From Candidatus Poribacteria bacterium (GTDB lineage: Bacteria; Poribacteria; WGA-4E; PCPOR2b), in the NCBI GenBank assembly GCA_965208325.1, contig OZ242326.1, positions 480,001-544,000 on the forward strand: DNA of 64,000 nucleotides. Direction: 5' to 3'. This document shows positions 59,477 through 64,000 of this stretch, piece after piece; the first letter of the stretch is position 1; each line of letters starts with the position of its first letter. A program made the position numbers and the translations under genes. The notes beneath the pieces were generated by a model. The model saw nothing but the letters and a program-made list of their open reading frames with translations, searched no databases and was not told the origin of the DNA.

Positions 59477-62002
59477 TTGATTACACCCGAAATTTATTCC
59501 ACGATAACGAGTGAGTCGGTCGAACAATTGGCGCTTGTGCTCGCTCGCCGCGATTTGACCGCAATCGCGCGGTTGAAACCCATCGCCGATTTTGAAGAAC
59601 TAATTTCATTCACAACGGAAAATCCAACGCCCGTTGCACACTCTAATCGAAATCCGGTCTGGCATCTGGAATCTGTTTCAGCAAGACTCATTGAGGCAGT
59701 TGCGATTTCAGTGCATGAACCGGCGATGCGGGATGCCGGCTGGAGGGTTCTTTCCCAAATTATCCTCAAGCACACAGAGTATCTATACACCTACCACCAT
59801 TCCCGCAACCCGCGCGTACGACTCCAAGCGGGTGCAGCACTAGCGCTAGTGAGTAGTCTTTGTCCGGTACTTTCGCAGAGCACGGCTTGGCGGCTCGTTG
59901 GGTTTGCGCGGATTGCGGAATCTATTCCCAAAATTGACGATGTCCCGTCTTACGTGATTGAACACATAGATGCGGCGTTTGAGTTGGGGCGTGAGCTCGA
60001 TCTCCCTATATTCGGCGAGGCGATTGATCGCTACGTCACAACCATCAATCGGGATTTTTCTTGGGATAAGCGAACACACTTTGAGCTCAGTGATGCCGAA
60101 TTTTTCAATCATCTGAATCTGTGTCATCCCGGCTTTGAGGATGTTAAATCCGAATGGGAACGCGGGAATCTTCAAGAGGCAAAACTGGCTCATACGTCAG
60201 TGAAACAATCATTCCTCAATTGCAAAAACTGGGCTGACCTTTGGACATTGCCGCTTAGCCGCAGGGATGCAGATTCACTGGAGTTTGGGTCTGACCAGTT
60301 TCCCTATTCCGGCGCTTTTCACCAAAAACGGCCGGCGGAGATGCGTCGGCCGTTTGCGAATAAATGCCCAAAGCTTTTTTTCGGCGGGCAGACCCACGCT
60401 GAAAGTCCCGCCGCCATGTCCTTCGATATGGCAAAATCCTACCTTGAGTGCGCCCGATTCTATTCAACCTATCAAGGACTTGACAATACAGATGTCCATT
60501 TGGAAACGAGCGCAATTGGAATTGCCGCACTAATCTTCCCGGAATGGAGAGACCAAGAACAGTTTCTCAAACTCGCACTGCGGCGTTATGAATGGTTGCA
60601 CGACGAGCACGTCCTCCCGGACGGTCGCCAATGTGACAGTATGAACACCGCACACCACTTCGCAATAATTAGCCTGCTCAATTTTATTCAACTTGCACGC
60701 CGCAGCGGCATTCCACTGCCTAAACAATTCAACCGGCGTTGTGAAATGATGATCGAGGCGCTCGTGTATCTCAGCCTACCGGATGCGAGTCTCAATCCTT
60801 TAATTCAATCCGGCTCAGTGGATATGAGTGCGATCAAACTCTATGACATCGCTCACGCGGCCTTCCATCGAGAAGATTTTCTGTACATAGGGTCCGGCGG
60901 AGCGGCGGGACAGCCGCCTAACGAGACCTCACACGCCTTCTCTGACACAGGCTATTATGTCATGCGAGACTATTGGAGAACGGACGCGCAGCACCTTGGT
61001 TTTTACAGCGGCGATGCAGAATCTAAAGGTCAGCGTGGGGAAAAACTCAACTTCATCCTGCACGCTTACGGGCGGCCGCTGATTGTCCATGGCGGAGGTG
61101 TGCTTGCGGAGGATTGTCATTCAACCCGACGATACAACACCGTGATAATTGACGGAAAAAGACAATATCGTCCTGCGTTACATCGTGCGGCACGGGTTCC
61201 AAACCCTGATAACAAGTGGTTATCGACGTCAAAATTCGACTTTGTTGAGGGTTGGCACAAAGACGGTTATGCTCAAGGAGACCCTATTGACTGCAATCCA
61301 CTTCTCCATCACAAGCGATCGATATTTTACGTTAAAGGACAGGCACAATCTCGGTGCACAATGCCGGCGGTTGGCGGATATTTTATCCTTCACGATCTAA
61401 TCCTCGGCGATGGTGTGCATAATTTAGAACAGATATTTCATTTAGCGTCAGCGAGATGCGATCACATAAAGATCTACGACAATCGCGTGGTGTGTACCGT
61501 CGAATGTAATGTAAGCAACTTGGTGGTCGCACCGGTTAGCGGCGGGCAACATCTGGACGTTCGACTGCGGTGTAAACAAACTGAATCTCTCATTATCCCA
61601 ACAGTAACTAAACTCACTCCTAGTGAGTTGACTTACATTGCAAAACGGTCACTCCCAACAGTCATGAACACCGTTTTGTTGCCGCTTCGTCCGGGCGTGG
61701 AGAGGGTCCCAGAACTCCATACGAATGAAGTTTTAACCGATCCGGATGTGCTTGCAACAGGCTTCACGGTGAAACACGGCAGAACTACCGATTTTATCCT
61801 CATTTCGGATGACGGATTTGCGGGCATGTCGACCGACGATGTGGAGTTTGTTGGCGAATATCTATACCTACGGCTTTGTGATGAAGGGAAACTTCAGCAG
61901 GTAATGATTATCAACGGACAGTTTCTGAAGTGGAGAGGGGATGTGGTAGTAGACCTTTCAGAACCGCGAACACATTATGAATCGAGCGTCTGCGGAGAAT
62001 GA
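59477..62002 (+). CDS. Heparinase II/III-like protein (degenerate catalytic motifs)
   Basis: LPDG.Q, SHAFSDTGYYVMRD.W, LHAYGRPL, NTVIIDG, FDFVEG.H, HKRSIFYV, YFILHD. Confidence 0.75.
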   Translation: MITPEIYSTITSESVEQLALVLARRDLTAIARLKPIADFEELISFTTENPTPVAHSNRNPVWHLESVSARLIEAVAISVHEPAMRDAGWRVLSQIILKHTEYLYTYHHSRNPRVRLQAGAALALVSSLCPVLSQSTAWRLVGFARIAESIPKIDDVPSYVIEHIDAAFELGRELDLPIFGEAIDRYVTTINRDFSWDKRTHFELSDAEFFNHLNLCHPGFEDVKSEWERGNLQEAKLAHTSVKQSFLNCKNWADLWTLPLSRRDADSLEFGSDQFPYSGAFHQKRPAEMRRPFANKCPKLFFGGQTHAESPAAMSFDMAKSYLECARFYSTYQGLDNTDVHLETSAIGIAALIFPEWRDQEQFLKLALRRYEWLHDEHVLPDGRQCDSMNTAHHFAIISLLNFIQLARRSGIPLPKQFNRRCEMMIEALVYLSLPDASLNPLIQSGSVDMSAIKLYDIAHAAFHREDFLYIGSGGAAGQPPNETSHAFSDTGYYVMRDYWRTDAQHLGFYSGDAESKGQRGEKLNFILHAYGRPLIVHGGGVLAEDCHSTRRYNTVIIDGKRQYRPALHRAARVPNPDNKWLSTSKFDFVEGWHKDGYAQGDPIDCNPLLHHKRSIFYVKGQAQSRCTMPAVGGYFILHDLILGDGVHNLEQIFHLASARCDHIKIYDNRVVCTVECNVSNLVVAPVSGGQHLDVRLRCKQTESLIIPTVTKLTPSELTYIAKRSLPTVMNTVLLPLRPGVERVPELHTNEVLTDPDVLATGFTVKHGRTTDFILISDDGFAGMSTDDVEFVGEYLYLRLCDEGKLQQVMIINGQFLKWRGDVVVDLSEPRTHYESSVCGE

Positions 62003-62015
62003 CATGGAACGGTCA

Positions 62016-63950
62016 TCAACTCAACACGGGGTGCCAGCCCATGTTGTACACTGTTATTTTAAACACCGCGTTGATAATGCTCCAGATGCATCCGAGTGAA
62101 TAGTCCCCTAACATCAAGCCTGCGAAGAACGGCAGCGCACGGCGATACGCCCGCAGTCCGCCATACCTGAGAATAGCGAATTTCAGACACCAGCTTATCA
62201 ACACAGGCACCCAAATATAAACCATTTCTGCCGGACTAACTCCCAGCACGTATCCGACCGGGTGGAATGGCCACCAGAGAAACCGCATTTTCATCGCCAA
62301 CAAGAATCCCGTGATTGCGACCCCGATACCCATGAACCCCGTGGTAGCATAATCAGGTCCTGTTGGGAATGTCAACCACTGTTGCAGGCGCCGGGAAAAA
62401 CTTTCGCTTCCGATATAAACGAGCCATGGTGCCATGTTATCCGCGCCGTGTTTGTAAAGGATGGTAAGAAATATCAAAAACGTCGCCGGTATCGCGAGAA
62501 TCAGTGTGATTAACATTGCCCATACCAGTTTTCTTGTATTGATGTTGGATTGCTCACCGATTCGAAAGACTTCAAATTGATTCGGCATTGGATGGGCGGC
62601 TTGGTCTCGATTCAAGAAATAAAGGAAACTGAGAATCGTCAAGTTTCGCGGACCGTAGGCACGTGATCCCACCGATGTTACCATCGTGCGTGCCGGGTCT
62701 ACCCACAACAGTTCGTGTACAGGCAATCCAAGTCCACTCCGCATCTTGGTCACGCCAATGGCGCTGCAACAGAACAAACCCAAAAAGATTAGAAGTACCC
62801 AGGCAGAGAATCCGGCTTTGTAAGCGAACCACAGAAGGAAAAGTACTCCCGCGGCGATGCCCAAAATCGCTGTGCGGTACGACATCGGTTCCTTCGACTC
62901 ATCAATGCTGCCCCTTCCCTTGAACGCCTGCACAAATACGCGCTTGAAGTGTCTGCGTCCAACCCATAGCGCCAAAGCCCCCAAAGCAATCCACGCCCCT
63001 TGCGCCTGCTCGTCAAAATAGAGGTTTCGCCATCCCATGGTGACCCCCAATGACAGTTGCGTCAACTTCTTCAGAAAGTAGAAGAACCACGCAGAAAAGG
63101 CGAGGTCTAGCGGCATGAAATAAGCGAGCCCAATGACGAACGGTTGAAACGAGATACGCGTGTAGACCATGTAACTCCACGGCTTCTCGTCGAAGGTGAA
63201 CCGTGTCCAGCCGACAGGGATGTTTGGAAAGAATGGGAATTGAAAACTCAAGCCGTTCAGCAAATTAATTGCCGCAGCAATGCCGAATCCTATCCACATC
63301 AATCGATTTCGCAAAAAACCGACTGGGTCACGTCCCAATTCAAGCGGCATCCAAGTAATTGGATAAGTGAGACGTTCGTGCTCCGTTAACTGTTTGCGAA
63401 TGATTGCATTGATGCAGATAAGCACAAAGAAAAGTACGATAAGAAAGGCGGACCAATAGAGCACAGGACCCAGCCAAGCTATGAGATTGACACGCGTGAA
63501 GAAGGATGTTTCTCCGAGGAAAAATCCGCTCAGAGCAGTTTCGTCCCTGACAGTGAACCATTCCGGTATATATCGCCAGAACAAATTTCGCCAATCGTTC
63601 TCAGGTGTAGCGAACCAAAACGGCTGCACTAGCATAGAAAGTACACGGTTCATCCGGTGCCCCGCAACCGTAGATGCCGTGACGACCATAATATAGATGA
63701 CCAGAATATCAGGGTTCCTCAATGCGAATCTTGGGACACACCGTCTAAAAAGCAGATTCAGCAAAATCAGCACGAACAGCGTAAATACGGCATTGCTGAA
63801 CAATGACATATAAGTGTGTGTCACTGCTTTTTGGAGGTCATTGACGGATATCCAGTAAGCGTTAGCAAGCGCCAAGATGAGCCCGATGCCGAACACTCTC
63901 AAACGAATCCCATCGGGCTGATTGCTTTGTAATGTAGAAAATCTTTCCAC
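62016..63950 (-). CDS. Multi-pass membrane protein, DUF6785/DUF6784-like (possible OPT-like transporter)
   Basis: Many TM helices; ATPENDW, ERLTYP, IGLAYFMPLDLAFSAWFF, RFLWWPFHPVGY, K..ILRYGG, PFFAGL.LGD. Family assignment is from memory. Confidence 0.65.
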   Translation of the reverse strand: MERFSTLQSNQPDGIRLRVFGIGLILALANAYWISVNDLQKAVTHTYMSLFSNAVFTLFVLILLNLLFRRCVPRFALRNPDILVIYIMVVTASTVAGHRMNRVLSMLVQPFWFATPENDWRNLFWRYIPEWFTVRDETALSGFFLGETSFFTRVNLIAWLGPVLYWSAFLIVLFFVLICINAIIRKQLTEHERLTYPITWMPLELGRDPVGFLRNRLMWIGFGIAAAINLLNGLSFQFPFFPNIPVGWTRFTFDEKPWSYMVYTRISFQPFVIGLAYFMPLDLAFSAWFFYFLKKLTQLSLGVTMGWRNLYFDEQAQGAWIALGALALWVGRRHFKRVFVQAFKGRGSIDESKEPMSYRTAILGIAAGVLFLLWFAYKAGFSAWVLLIFLGLFCCSAIGVTKMRSGLGLPVHELLWVDPARTMVTSVGSRAYGPRNLTILSFLYFLNRDQAAHPMPNQFEVFRIGEQSNINTRKLVWAMLITLILAIPATFLIFLTILYKHGADNMAPWLVYIGSESFSRRLQQWLTFPTGPDYATTGFMGIGVAITGFLLAMKMRFLWWPFHPVGYVLGVSPAEMVYIWVPVLISWCLKFAILRYGGLRAYRRALPFFAGLMLGDYSLGCIWSIINAVFKITVYNMGWHPVLS

Positions 63951-64000
63951 TCTTTACCTCATCTTGCGGGGAAATGACTGTTAACGGGGCGTGCACTGCA

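Noticed and set aside
1..64000. tRNA, rRNA, IS element, prophage
   Set aside because: No cloverleaf/T-loop signatures, transposase, integrase or phage genes were recognised by eye; tRNAscan/Rfam/ISfinder would be needed to exclude them fully.

Overview
A gene-dense 64 kb segment of bacterial chromosome (about 50% GC by eye) from a diderm, LPS-producing organism. The most likely source is Candidatus Poribacteria or a relative. This is inferred from two PhyH dioxygenases, secreted proteins ending in dockerin and/or FlgD/'YPNPFNP' C-terminal domains, an alpha2-type GlyRS and a DUF6785-like membrane protein. Housekeeping genes include groEL, glyQS, trpD, lexA, thrB, priA, comEC, nnr, mrp, degQ, hsp20, rhaI and a GT9 heptosyltransferase. 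I saw no rRNA, tRNA, CRISPR array, transposase or integrase. Highlights: (1) a 16 kb locus with three collinear paralogous secreted giant beta-propeller proteins, each with 29 blade motifs by my count and no kinase module, followed by a probable outer-membrane beta-barrel with Ca-binding-like loops; (2) an intact 912-aa P-type ATPase homologue with every catalytic and ion-binding motif replaced; (3) a heparinase II/III homologue with catalytic His/Tyr motifs apparently lost; (4) a perfect palindrome upstream of lexA (candidate new SOS box); (5) a sigma54 promoter with repeated enhancer-like sites upstream of hsp20, and a CIRCE-controlled solo groEL with a His-rich tail; (6) an ECF sigma factor with a long C-terminal extension that has its own in-frame Shine-Dalgarno and ATG. 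All calls are by-eye motif recognition; no database searches were run.
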